NCBI GenBank assembly: GCA_963843575.1
Contig: CAWJKZ010000012.1
Coordinates: forward strand, 128,001 to 192,000
Direction: 5' to 3'
From: an uncultured Acidobacteriota bacterium
Lineage (GTDB): Bacteria > Acidobacteriota > UBA6911
Length of the DNA stretch: 64,000 nucleotides
The position numbers and the translations under genes were made by a program. Positions 40,201 through 50,572 of the stretch are shown here, in pieces. Below the pieces are notes generated by a model that saw only the letters and a program-made list of their open reading frames with translations, made no database searches and was not told the DNA's origin. The stretch's first letter is position 1, and every line of letters starts with the position of its first letter.

Positions 40201-40482
40201 CAGTTCCGGGAGACACTCCACCCGCAGGTATTCGTTCTCGAGCAACAGCGACTCGTAGTCCACCGGCACCGGTTTCTTGGCCCGGGAATCCCAGTCGAGC
40301 ATCGTGTACGGGTAGTGTCCCACGGCCTCGAGCGGATTGAACAGCGGGGCCACGATCTCCGACCGGCCGAACGTGTAGGTTGGGATGGTGTGCCGGGTCG
40401 GCTGAAACCGCACCGGCTCGGCCGCACCGGCCCGGACGCACGCAAGCGCGGCTAGGAGAATTGCAGGGGTATAGGTTCTCAT
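37224..40482 (-). CDS. DUF5107-domain plus TPR protein, multiple frameshifts
   Basis: Signal peptide; LENEYLRVECLPELGGRIYSAYDK..GKELFY; WTNAGV; GMKTWTFG; YMETQSG; EYWY; C-terminal TPRs (AYRAALAKDP, FEKVLERDPTNGDAHYFLG). Confidence 0.85.
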
Positions 40483-40602
40483 CTGTGCAAGTTTACGAGA
40501 TTTGCCCGCCTCCAGGGGCATGGAATTTGCGGAATATCGATAGGTCTGCCCGCTGCATGAGACCTGGTGACGCCTTTCTCATCTAATCCTGCGGAGGAAA
40601 CC

Positions 40603-41388
40603 GTGACGCGAACAAGCCTGGCATCCCTGCTGCTGCTTCCCGCACTCATCGCCCTGTCCTGGGCTCAGGACGGCCCCCGGCAGGCCCCCACACCGGCGCC
40701 AGCGCAACCGGAGGCGACGCAGCTGCCGCCGGAAGAAATCATCCGGAAGTTTTCGGCGAAGGAGTCGGAGTTCTACGAGGCCTGGATGCAGTACACCTAC
40801 CATCAGACCGCCGACGTGCAGGTCGTTTCCGTAAACGGCATGCCCACCCGGGAGAAGATGACCACTATCTCCGACATCGTTTTCAAAGACGACGGGACCC
40901 GCGAAGTCCAGGTCGTCCGGCGCGCGGGCAGCCTGCGCAGCGTCGTCTACACGATGCAGGACGAGGAGGTCATCAACAACCTCCAGCCCTTTGCGCTGAC
41001 CGAGAAAGAACTGCCCCTGTACAATCTAGGTTTCCTGGGGAAAGAGAAGGTGGACGAACTGAACTGCTTTGTGTTTTCGGTGAAACCGAAGTCCACCCAG
41101 GGCAACAGGATGTACTTCGAGGGCAAGATCTGGGTGGACGACAGGGACCTGCAGATCGTGCGCACCGTGGGAACACCCGTCCCGCAGAAGAAGAACAACC
41201 AGTTCCCTCAATTCGAGACGGTGCGTCAGATGATCGACAAGCAGTACTGGTTTCCTGTCTGGACCCACGCCGAGAGCGACCTGCACTTCCAGCGCGACAA
41301 CGTGCACATCGAAGAGACCATCACCTACGCCGACTACAAACGCTTCGGCGCCAAAACCACCATCCAGTTCGGCCCCCCCAACCGATAG
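40603..41388 (+). CDS. Secreted hypothetical protein (LolA/MucB-like beta-sheet family possible)
   Basis: GGAGG RBS; signal peptide; Y...FLGKEKVDELNCFVFSVKP...FEGKIWVD..D.QIV. Confidence 0.7.
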   Translation: MTRTSLASLLLLPALIALSWAQDGPRQAPTPAPAQPEATQLPPEEIIRKFSAKESEFYEAWMQYTYHQTADVQVVSVNGMPTREKMTTISDIVFKDDGTREVQVVRRAGSLRSVVYTMQDEEVINNLQPFALTEKELPLYNLGFLGKEKVDELNCFVFSVKPKSTQGNRMYFEGKIWVDDRDLQIVRTVGTPVPQKKNNQFPQFETVRQMIDKQYWFPVWTHAESDLHFQRDNVHIEETITYADYKRFGAKTTIQFGPPNR

Positions 41389-41619
41389 GGGACGGACCCG
41401 GCGAAGCCATTGCGGCACAGCAAATTACGAGAAAATACCGGCCGTAAATGAGGCTTATTCAGGCTTTTCAGGGCTTAAAATCGAAAATAACGAGGTCAAG
41501 CTCGATGGCTGAGAGCTTATTCAATGAAATCACCCTCGAAAAATGGATATAAGGCCCTTTTTCAGGGGTTACACGGAAGCTAAACACTAGTAATAATGAG
41601 TTTAGCGTGGTCCGTCCCC
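41388..41619. mobile_element. AT-rich MITE-like element, copy 1 (232 bp, terminal IR GGGGACGGACC/GGTCCGTCCCC)
   Basis: Perfect 11-bp terminal IRs. Shares ordered blocks AAATACC, CTTATT, GCTTTTC, AAAATCGAAAATAA, ATAAGGCC and TTAGCGTGGTCCGTCCCC with 52807-53058. Confidence 0.75.
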
Positions 41620-43347
41620 CAGTTCGATCGAGAGGGAGGTGCAGCGCTTGAGTCCGGGAGCGTCGAGGGTGTAGGCGGCGACGTTGTCCCGGAAGTCGGA
41701 GCGGAAGAGCGACTGCGTGTGTTCCCTGGCGCCGGCGGCATCCTGATAGCGGTAGGCGACGCGGATCGCGCCTCCTATGCGGCTTGCGTCGCGCACCTTG
41801 AACAGGATCCGGTTCCGGCCGGCGAAGATCTGTGGAATGGACATGATCCCGTTTTCGAACTGCGCGGAGAGCCGGAACCGGGACAAGCCGGCGGGCATTG
41901 TGCGGCTGCCGTTCGGTCCGACGGTCACCCGGACCTGAAACTGGTAGACGCCGTGGACGCTGGCGTTCCTCCCGTTGAAACGGGCGCGGCCGATGGGGAC
42001 GGTGAATGTGCCCGGTCCGCGGTGAATCTCGTCCCACGATGACCAGGCATCCGGCTCCGACTCGTTCGCAGTCTTCGCGAGCAGGATTCGTATCTCCAGC
42101 CTGAGCGCGTCCGCGTCGGTTCCGGCCATTTCGCCGGAAATCGATCCGTCCACCAGCACGTACGGGCACTGGACGTCGAACGTCGCACTGCCTCCTCCCG
42201 CCCTTGTGCGCGGCCTCAGGTGGGGCGGGTCGGACACCTGGACCAGCGTCGAACCCGGAGCCAGGAGGTCGAGCGGTTCCCGGAGATCGGGCTGGTAGGC
42301 GATGCGGCCCCACGCCTGGCCGAGCGTGCGCCCCCCCGCGACATCTTTGTTGTACCCCTCGTCCGTCGGAATCTGAGACAGGTAAGGTTGGGCCCGGAGA
42401 TAGTTCGGGTCGTTGAGCACCCAGTTGCCGTGGAGCATCGTCTCGGTCACGCGGTAGAAACGGCCCAGCGCGAGGAAGGGCTCTTCGCGGCGCGTGTGAA
42501 CGCCTGCGGGCACGTAGAAGGCACGCGCACTTCCGTCCCAGAACCGCTCGATCGTCATGCCTCTGGCGAGGCAGAAATCCATCTCGTGAAAGCGGGTGCC
42601 CATGTCGTACTTGCCGTCGCCGAACACGCACTCGGCCTTGCCCCCGGCTTTGCGCCAGTCCTCCTCCGAGCGGTAGTACGCGGGTTGCAGCAGGAGGGCC
42701 CGTTCCCACTCCTCGCCGAAGTACTCGAAGAAGGGTTGGCTGCGGTACTTGAATTGCCGGTTCCGGAGCACGTTTTCGTCGACGCCGACTTCCGCCCAGT
42801 CGAGGATTTTCGCATCCGGCGCATCCCGCTCGACGAGGTAGTAGCCGTAGCGCGGGTCGAATGCCGCATACCGGCCGTCCAGCCGGAGGCGGTACATCGT
42901 GTGGAATCCTCCGTTCTCGTGCATCACGCAGACACGCTCCGCCGCCGCCCGGTCGCGCTTGTACTCCGCCCAGGCGGCCTCGGCTATGCGGCTGCTGGTG
43001 TCGCAGTAGCCCCAACCGTAGACAAACAGGTTCTTGTGGGCGTCGAGCACATATTGTTCTTTGCCATAGGCTCCTTCGTATGCCTGAATCATGCCGCCCG
43101 TGGCCATCCGCGAGAAGAGTCGCAACCAGCGGAAGAACGCCTTGGCCTGAGCCGTCTCCGTGGCGTTGTCGAGGCCCTCCAGCCGCATGACGTCGTGCGT
43201 CCACGTGTTTAGGTTTGTGCATTCCGGCCACCGTTCGCTCACCACCAGCGGGCCCCGAACCGGCTGTGGCAGGGCGGGACGGGCAGACCAGACGGCAGAG
43301 ACCAGTGCGAGGATTGCGCACAACCCAAATCTTGTGCGAGGGCGCAT
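41602..43347 (-). CDS. Secreted transglutaminase-fold (Cys-His-Asp) protein, paralogue 2 (intact frame)
   Basis: Signal peptide; YGWGYCDT; FHTMYRLRLDGRYAAFDP. The stop codon comes from the MITE-like element. Confidence 0.7.
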   Translation of the reverse strand: MRPRTRFGLCAILALVSAVWSARPALPQPVRGPLVVSERWPECTNLNTWTHDVMRLEGLDNATETAQAKAFFRWLRLFSRMATGGMIQAYEGAYGKEQYVLDAHKNLFVYGWGYCDTSSRIAEAAWAEYKRDRAAAERVCVMHENGGFHTMYRLRLDGRYAAFDPRYGYYLVERDAPDAKILDWAEVGVDENVLRNRQFKYRSQPFFEYFGEEWERALLLQPAYYRSEEDWRKAGGKAECVFGDGKYDMGTRFHEMDFCLARGMTIERFWDGSARAFYVPAGVHTRREEPFLALGRFYRVTETMLHGNWVLNDPNYLRAQPYLSQIPTDEGYNKDVAGGRTLGQAWGRIAYQPDLREPLDLLAPGSTLVQVSDPPHLRPRTRAGGGSATFDVQCPYVLVDGSISGEMAGTDADALRLEIRILLAKTANESEPDAWSSWDEIHRGPGTFTVPIGRARFNGRNASVHGVYQFQVRVTVGPNGSRTMPAGLSRFRLSAQFENGIMSIPQIFAGRNRILFKVRDASRIGGAIRVAYRYQDAAGAREHTQSLFRSDFRDNVAAYTLDAPGLKRCTSLSIELGDGPR

Positions 43348-43545
43348 AATCTCTGTTCCTCTCTACTACGGGGTCGCGTCTATTAGAGCTCGGGCGGAGT
43401 GCGCCGGGCCCGGAACCCGCCCTGCTATTCTTATCAGACAACCTTTGGCGGCCAAACTCAAAAGTCGAGACCTGACCCCGTTTTGGTATATTCGTGCAGA
43501 CGAGCGTTCTTGCGGCAATCAGGGCTCGACCTGCGGGGACGAACC

Positions 43546-44304
43546 ATGACTGAGTCTCGCGTCCTGAAGCTTGAACTGGAGACCCGTTTCGGCCGCCTGA
43601 AGGGGAACCTGGAGGTTCCTTCCGGGGGCATGCGGCTGTCTGAACTGGCCTGGAACGTCATGGGCCTCGACGACAGGCTGATTGGCCTTGCGGCCGCATC
43701 CGAGGCCAGGCACGGCCGGCAGGTCTCATGCCGCAAAGGGTGCGGCGCCTGCTGCAGACAGGCGGTTCCGTTATCGCCGCCCGAGGCGTGGATGCTCAGG
43801 GACCTCGTTGTGTCGATGCCCCTGGAGCGGCGGGCGGCCGTCCTGGAGCGCTTCGCGCGCGCCAAAGACCGTCTGGAGCGCGAGGGGTTCGGGGAACGCT
43901 CGCTGACTTCGGCCGCATCGATGGACCAGGTACAGCAGCTGGGACTCGACTACCTGCGGCTCGGGCTGCCGTGCCCGTTCCTGGAGGACGAGTCCTGTTC
44001 CATCCACCCGTACAGGCCCTCCGCCTGCAGGGAGTACCTGGTGACGTCACCAGCCTCGTTCTGCAGCGATCCCGGCGCCCACCCGGTGCAACCGGTACCC
44101 CTGGCTGCGAGTCTCACCGAAGCCCTGTCGCGGCTTGCCGCCGCCGTAATGGGCGGAGAACCACGCGTTGTGCCGTTGGTAAAAGCGCTGGATTGGGCCG
44201 AGGAACACAGGGAGGACGGCCAGGTGCGCTACGATGCGGTCGCCCTTGTAGCTCTGTTGGTGCAGATCCTGACTGGCGCCACCACGCCCGCGGCCAGTCC
44301 GTAG
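43546..44304 (+). CDS. YkgJ family cysteine-cluster (zinc/iron-chelating) protein
   Basis: CRKGCGACCR and CPFLEDESCSIHPYRPSACR. Confidence 0.9.
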   Translation: MTESRVLKLELETRFGRLKGNLEVPSGGMRLSELAWNVMGLDDRLIGLAAASEARHGRQVSCRKGCGACCRQAVPLSPPEAWMLRDLVVSMPLERRAAVLERFARAKDRLEREGFGERSLTSAASMDQVQQLGLDYLRLGLPCPFLEDESCSIHPYRPSACREYLVTSPASFCSDPGAHPVQPVPLAASLTEALSRLAAAVMGGEPRVVPLVKALDWAEEHREDGQVRYDAVALVALLVQILTGATTPAASP

Positions 44305-44347
44305 TTCGGATTGCAGGTTCTTTCCCGCGTGCAGCCGTATCAGGCAC

Positions 44348-45947
44348 GTGCGACATGGTACCACCGTGAGAATTGCCTTGGGCCTTCTGTGCTTTCTGGT
44401 CTCAACGGGGGGCATCGCTGTCCCCGCCGATATGCTCTGCACGCATCCGGTGGCGCTGGACAGGGAATCCAGGATTCTCCCCTGGCTCGATCCGGCGACT
44501 GGCGCATACGGCAGGGTGCTGGGGTTGCTGTGGGACTTCATTCTGACAGGGGTTCCCAATGGGCCCTCTTCGCCCCTGCCGATGTACTACCTCTACTGCG
44601 GCTACAAGCTATCGGGAGACTCTGTTGTCGCCGACACCTGGATGAACGACGTCGGCGAGAAGGTGCCCAACTGGTTCGAATCGGCACGCCTGTACTACGC
44701 CTACAAGGGAGATGCCGCCGCCTTCAAGGTCGCGCACGGACTCGTGGACTACACCCTGGCCCACGGCATCACCCCTGCAGGATACGAGTGGCCGTACTTT
44801 CCCCAGACCGCCGCGGACGCCGGCGCAGTGGAGTTCAAGGGATTCACCGGCAGATTCGCGACGGACGACGTCCACGTGGACCACGCCGGCGACATGGGGG
44901 CGACGTTCTTTCGGATGTACCTCTTTACCGGGGACGGAAGGTACAGGACCGCCGCGATCAAGGTCGCCGACACGCTGTTACGCCACATCAGGACCGGCGA
45001 CGCGCAGCGATCGCCCTGGCCCTACATCGTCAATGCCAGAACGGGCAAAATCACCGCGGACTACGCGGCTAACTGGTTCGGGTGCGTCGCGCTCTTCGAC
45101 CACCTGATCGAAGCGAACCAGGGAGACGTGCCAGGCTACCGTCGTGCGCGGGCGATCGCGCGGGACTGGCTGTTGACCTACCCCGTCCGGAACGGGCTCT
45201 GGGTGGATGGCCACACCGACACGAAAATCTCGGGGACGGGCAACCTGAGCAATCTGAGCGCCAGCAACGCCGCGCTGTACATCCTCGAGCACCCGGAAAT
45301 CGACCCCGACTGGAAGATCCACGTGCCGGCGCTTCTAAAATGGACCGAGGACCATTTCGTGTTCAACTGCCCGGAGCCGGCCATCCAGTGGGGCGCCTAC
45401 ACCGTGGCCGAGCAGGTTGCCTTCAAGTGGAAAATGGCGTACCAGACGGCGCGCTATGCCGCGCAATGCGCGCTCTGGTACAAGGTCTCCGGCGATCCCG
45501 CATTCAAGGAAAGGGCCTATCGTTCGTTCAACTGGAGCACGTACTCGGTAGACCGAAACGGCCGGGCGCAGGATGGACCCACCGACACCGTCGGACGCTG
45601 GTGGTCAGACTGTTACGGGGAATTTCCCCGGATGTTTTATTACGGTTTCGCAGCAGTGCCGGAATGGGCCCCCGCGCGGGAAAACCACCTCCTCTATTCC
45701 AACGGTGTGCAGAGGAACGTCAGGTACGGCACCCGGAGAATCTCCTACACCGCCACCAGCAGATTGGGAACCGACTATTGCCGGCTCGCCTTTTCCCCGG
45801 CGACGATTACCCTCAACGGGGCAGAAACTCCGGTTGCGCGGCGACCTGCGAGCCGAGGGGTACACCGTGAAGGATCTTGGCGGCGGGGATTACGGGGTGA
45901 GCGTTCGGAGAGTGCGAGCCGGGGATATCGCCATCCTCGGCCGGTGA
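44348..45947 (+). CDS. Secreted hypothetical protein, possibly an (alpha/alpha)-barrel carbohydrate-active enzyme; frameshift near 45830
   Basis: Signal peptide; Trp/Tyr-rich helical repeats (MYLFTGD.RY..AA, WYKVSGDP.FKERA). The C-terminus lies in frame 45573-45947. Confidence 0.6.
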
Positions 45948-47148
45948 TCAGCGGTGTCGGGCTTCCCCCGCAATCCGCTCGAAGACCTTCCTGGCCTCGG
46001 CATACCGCATCTGTACCGCAGCCAGATCGTGCGCGAAATAGCGATTCCAGGGCCCGCCCGGTGAAGTCTTCCGGATCAAGCTGTCGATGAACTGCGCGAA
46101 ATACTCGGCATCTCCGGCGCCGGCGCGCACAGGCGCACCTGCGATCTTCACGAAAACCGCCCCGGTGTGGGTCTGATGCCCCTTGTCGTCCATGCGGCGG
46201 GCACACACCCAGCCGCTGGCCTTGAAATCTACCTGGGCGCGCATATCGACGGGCCTCCCAGGACCGGCGGTCCCCCGTTGCGTGGCCACGACCACGCCGT
46301 TGTGCACCAGTTCGATCCGACCCGTCAGCGTCTGGTTCGCTGTCCAGCGAACTGTGGCTGAAGAGCAGCATCGGCTTCCCGCGGTTGATCTCGTCCCCGG
46401 GCCCGTAATGACCCGCGAGCTTCAGATCCAGGAACTCCCGATGCCCAGTGGTCGAGATCACGGTGCGGCCCCGGGCGATTCCTTCGATCCAGTCGCGGTA
46501 GGAAAGGGCCCGGGACGGAAGATGCACAAACGTCAGCAACGCCCCGACCGGCTCGCGGGAGTTGCACGGGAAATCGGTTCCCGCGGCCAGACCCGGGCGG
46601 AATCCGCAGTTCAGCAGCCGGTAGTACGCATGGATCGCGGCCTCATTGCGCCACACGTCCTCCATCAGAAAGTCGACGCTGCCCAAGGCAACCTCGACGG
46701 GGTATTCCAGCGGGAGGCAGCAGCTCAAATCGTCGGGGATGCCTTCGCCTAGGTATTGCATGTGCGCGAAGCCGACGATCGCCTTCTGACGCTTCGCCCA
46801 CGCGATCACCGGGAAGGTGGATTCCGACGAAAGGCGTCTGGCGTTGCGCAGCCCCAGGAAGACGAGGTGGCCGCCGATGGCCTTCTCCTCGAACGTCACT
46901 CCCTTGGGGTCGAAGTGCCACTCCGCGTCCCAATGAAGGAGCCGTTCGCCGCGGGAGGCGGGTTGATCACGCCCGTTGACCAGCGGCAGATCCCTCTCGG
47001 CAACCCGAACTTCTCCGTTTCCCATGTCTGCCAGCAGCGAAACGACCGAGAGGTCATGGGTGCCCATCGCGGCCAGGATTTCGTCGGGCGTTACCGGATC
47101 GTGCCCCGACGCTGCACCGCAATCGAGGTGCACACGCATGGCCAGCAA
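45948..47148 (-). CDS. CehA/McbA-like (PHP-fold) metallohydrolase, frameshift near 46350
   Basis: GGHLVFLGL, GFAH, YYRLLNCGFR..LAAGTDFP, W..GI..GRT, SGWVCAR...HT. Confidence 0.75.
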
Positions 47149-47163
47149 CTCCTCCCTCGCGCA

Positions 47164-47938
47164 TCAGACGGTAGGGGGCATCCCCGATCCAAACCCGCCG
47201 TCGACTGCCACGGCCGCCCCGGTCATGAAGGACGCATCGTCGCCCGCGAGGAACACGGCTGCGCGCGCCACTTCCTCCGCCCGGCCGATGCGCCACAAGC
47301 GCGTGCAGCTTCCCCGCCTTCAGGCGCGCCGCAGCCGGATCCGGCTGCGCCTGGAAATAGCCCTCCGCGAGCCCCGCGTCGATGTACCCCGGACAGATGC
47401 AGTTCACCCGCACCCCGTCCTTGCCGTGGTCGATGGCCATGGCCTTGGTCAAACCTATGATCGCCGCCTTGGTGGCGCAGTAGCCGGCGCAGCCAGGCTC
47501 CACAAAATAGCCGTTCACCGACGACATGTTGACGATGTTGCCGCGGGTGAGCTTCAGGTGCGGCAGGAAGTACTTCGAGCAGAGGAACACTCCCCCCAGG
47601 TTGACTGCCATTTGCCGCTGCCACTCTTCGACCGTGATTTCTTCAACCGTCTTGTTCACCTGGATCGCCGCGTTGTTGACGAGCACGTCGATCCTGGAGA
47701 ACGCCTGGAGCGTGGCGACGACGAGTTGGCGGACCGACTCGGGCGAGGCTACGTCGGCAACCATGCTTGCCCCGACCCCGCCCCGGCTGCAGATCAGTCG
47801 CACCGTCTCTTCCGCGCCGCGCGGGTCGATGTCGGCAACGGCGACGGAGGCACCTCTCTCCGCGAACGCCAGGGCGCAGGCGTGCCCGATGCCGGCGCCA
47901 CCCCCGGTTATCACCACGACACGGTTGTCGAAGTTCAC
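47164..47938 (-). CDS. Short-chain dehydrogenase/reductase, frameshift near 47297
   Basis: [30 protein letters not shown].; C-terminus ASFMTG...VDGG in another frame. Confidence 0.93.
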
Positions 47939-48194
47939 CCTCGTCACCTCTCCTGCGCAGGCCGAAGCCGTATGCCGGCATTGTGATGCCGTCCTGCGCG
48001 GACGCGCAAGCGCAGAATCAGGGACGCGGGAAACCCCATTCAGACGGCCTGTGCCGCCGGGGAGCTGAAGCCTGACCGCACTTGATTTTTCGGGCAACTC
48101 TCGTCTCGGGGAAGGAGAGCCTAGACGGTGGGTGAAGCGTCCTTGCTTGAGCGTGGGCGCGTGGACTATCCTCGTCCTTTCCTGGAGGTGAGTG

Positions 48195-50535
48195 GTGAAA
48201 TCGACCACGCCGGCGATCGTGGCTTTTGTCGCGCTGTGTGCACCCCTGAGCGCAGTAGACGTCCCGCTCACCGTCCGGGAAACCAGTGGGGTGACACGAA
48301 GCGGGAATCCGGTCAACTCGGGGGTGCCGTTGCCGAAAGGCGCGGTCAAGGACATCGGCGAACTGCGCCTGGTGGACGCGAGGGGCAACACAGTACAGGC
48401 CAGCATCGAGCCCCGCTGTCGATGGCTCGAGGACAATTCGCTCCAGTGGGTGACCGTGCATTTCATCGCCGGCGTCGAAGCAGGGGGAACCCTGCGCTAC
48501 CGTCTAGTCACCTCCAAGGCGGCGCCGCCTGCGACCTCCCTCGACGTCAAAGAAGGGCCCGGGATAATTACGGTCACAACGGGTCCGGCGAAATTCGTGA
48601 TCCCGACCGACCGGCTCGCTCCCTTCCGCCAGGTCTACCTGCGCCGGGATCTCTCAAGGGAATTCGAGGAGTCGGACGCCCTGCTGGCGAGTCCCGCGAC
48701 GGTGGTTCTCGCGGCCCGCAACGGCGAGTCGAGAGTGGTTCCCAGGCCCGCCCTCAAGGACGAGTTCAGGTCGGAACTGGCGAACCTCGGGGAGCCGTTC
48801 AGGCAAACCGCGGTGATCCGGGCGTCGCGGGTGGAAGAGAGGGGCCCGGGCCGTGCGGTCGTGGCGCTCAAAGGCACGTTCTCCGCGCCGGACGCGATGT
48901 CCCTCGATTTCACGGCGCGCCTTTATTTCTACAGCGGTTCACCGCTCGCGCAACTGACTTTCAGCGTGGCGAACCGGCAAATGGACAGCATGGCCCGGTT
49001 CGTCGGAATCGAACGGTTGGCGGTTGAGATTCCACTGGAGGGTGCCCGGGGCGCGTCTGTGGCCCTGTCCAGGGAAGGTCGCGCATACGAGGCGAAACTC
49101 GGTACGAATCCGGTCCGCCTGATCCAGACGGCACGTGACCGGATGAGCATCGTCGCCGCAGATGGCACGACCACCTACGGGTCGCAGTCGGACGGGTGGG
49201 TGCAGGTGCGCTGCGCAACCGCGACACTGACTGCCGGCACCCGTTGGTTCTGGCAGGTCTACCCTGCAGGCCTCTCCGTCACACCGGGCGGCACCGTCGC
49301 GCTGGAACTCAAGCCGGCCGGCACCGACCGCGTCGACCTGTACACCGCGGGCGCGAAAACTCATTTCCTGTTCTTCCACTTTGCGCCGCCCGGCGCACCG
49401 GGAGCCGAAGCCATCGCGGCGGGGACGACACACCCGCTGGTGGCGGCAGCCTCTCCCGACTGGTACTGCCAGGAAACACGCGCCATGGGCGAACTGTACT
49501 CCGCCAACCCAAACCTGTACGCGCCGGAGTACCGCGATCTCGTGGCCCGCTACCAGCAACAGGTCGATGCGAACCTGAACCGTGTGGTTTCCAACCGGCC
49601 GCGCACCGGTTGGAAGGTGGACGAGTACGGGTGGCTGAATTTCGGCAGCGGGCTGCATCACTCGCGGTATGTCCGGGAGAATGCCGCGGAGAGTTGGTGG
49701 GACGGGAACTATTACGATTTCCCGCACGCCGCGATCCTCAATTACCTCCGGACCGGGCGGCCTGATCAATCTCACGACGGCGGAGGAGGCCGGGCTCCAC
49801 CTGGCGGACCTGGACATATGCCATTCGTTCCCAGGTCACCCGGACCGCGCCGGATCCCCGCGCAGCGGTCCGGTCGTGGGTCATTTCCGGAATTACGCGA
49901 GCGGCCAGAACTACCAGGGGCACGACTCCTTCACGTTCTACAAGAACGAGAGCCTGTACGAACTGTATTACCTCACCGGCGAGCGGTGGTACCACGAGGT
50001 CGGCCTGATGTCCTCCGACTTCGCCATGGCTTTCTGGGGCAGGGGAGCACTGCGCAACCTGGCGCACGGCATCTGGGGCGTCCTCAGTGCCTACCGCGAT
50101 ACGCACCAGCGGAAGTACCTGGAGCGAGCGACGTTTTTCGTGGACCAGTGGGGCAAGCCGTGGCAGGACCAGAACCGGGGTAGTTTCAAGGACCAGGAAT
50201 GGATGTATGGGCTGGCATTCGAGGCCTACGACAAGTATTACCGCCTGACCGGCGACAGGGACACGGCGGCCTATGTCGTGAAGGCGCTCGACGCCCTCAT
50301 CGCAGAGTTCTGGAAACCCGAAGAGGGTACCGGCGGCTTGTACGGCATCAACCTCATCGGGTACGGCCTCGGATACGAGTATACGGGGAATGCGGAGTAT
50401 CTCAAGAAAGGCCTGCTGCTGCTCGAGCGGTTGTCGCAACCCGGAAGCGAAGGAGACCGCGTGAAGACGTTCGCCCAGAATTTCCGGGCTTCGCCCTATT
50501 TCTTGAAGTATCTAACGGCGGGTTACCGGCGGTAA
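48195..50535 (+). CDS. YetA/exo-rhamnogalacturonan-lyase-like (PL26-related) secreted protein, frameshift near 49760
   Basis: PVNSGVPLPKGAV...W..D.S..W N-terminal barrel; GWLNFG; WDGNYYD; H..D.D..H; YYLTG. Confidence 0.65.
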
Positions 50536-50572
50536 CCGGCGCGAGGATTGCCCGGCGCTGCGACCGCGGAGA

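Noticed and set aside
43468-43479. AGACCTGACCCC motif resembling another REP-type end
   Set aside because: It is a single short copy with no partner in the window.
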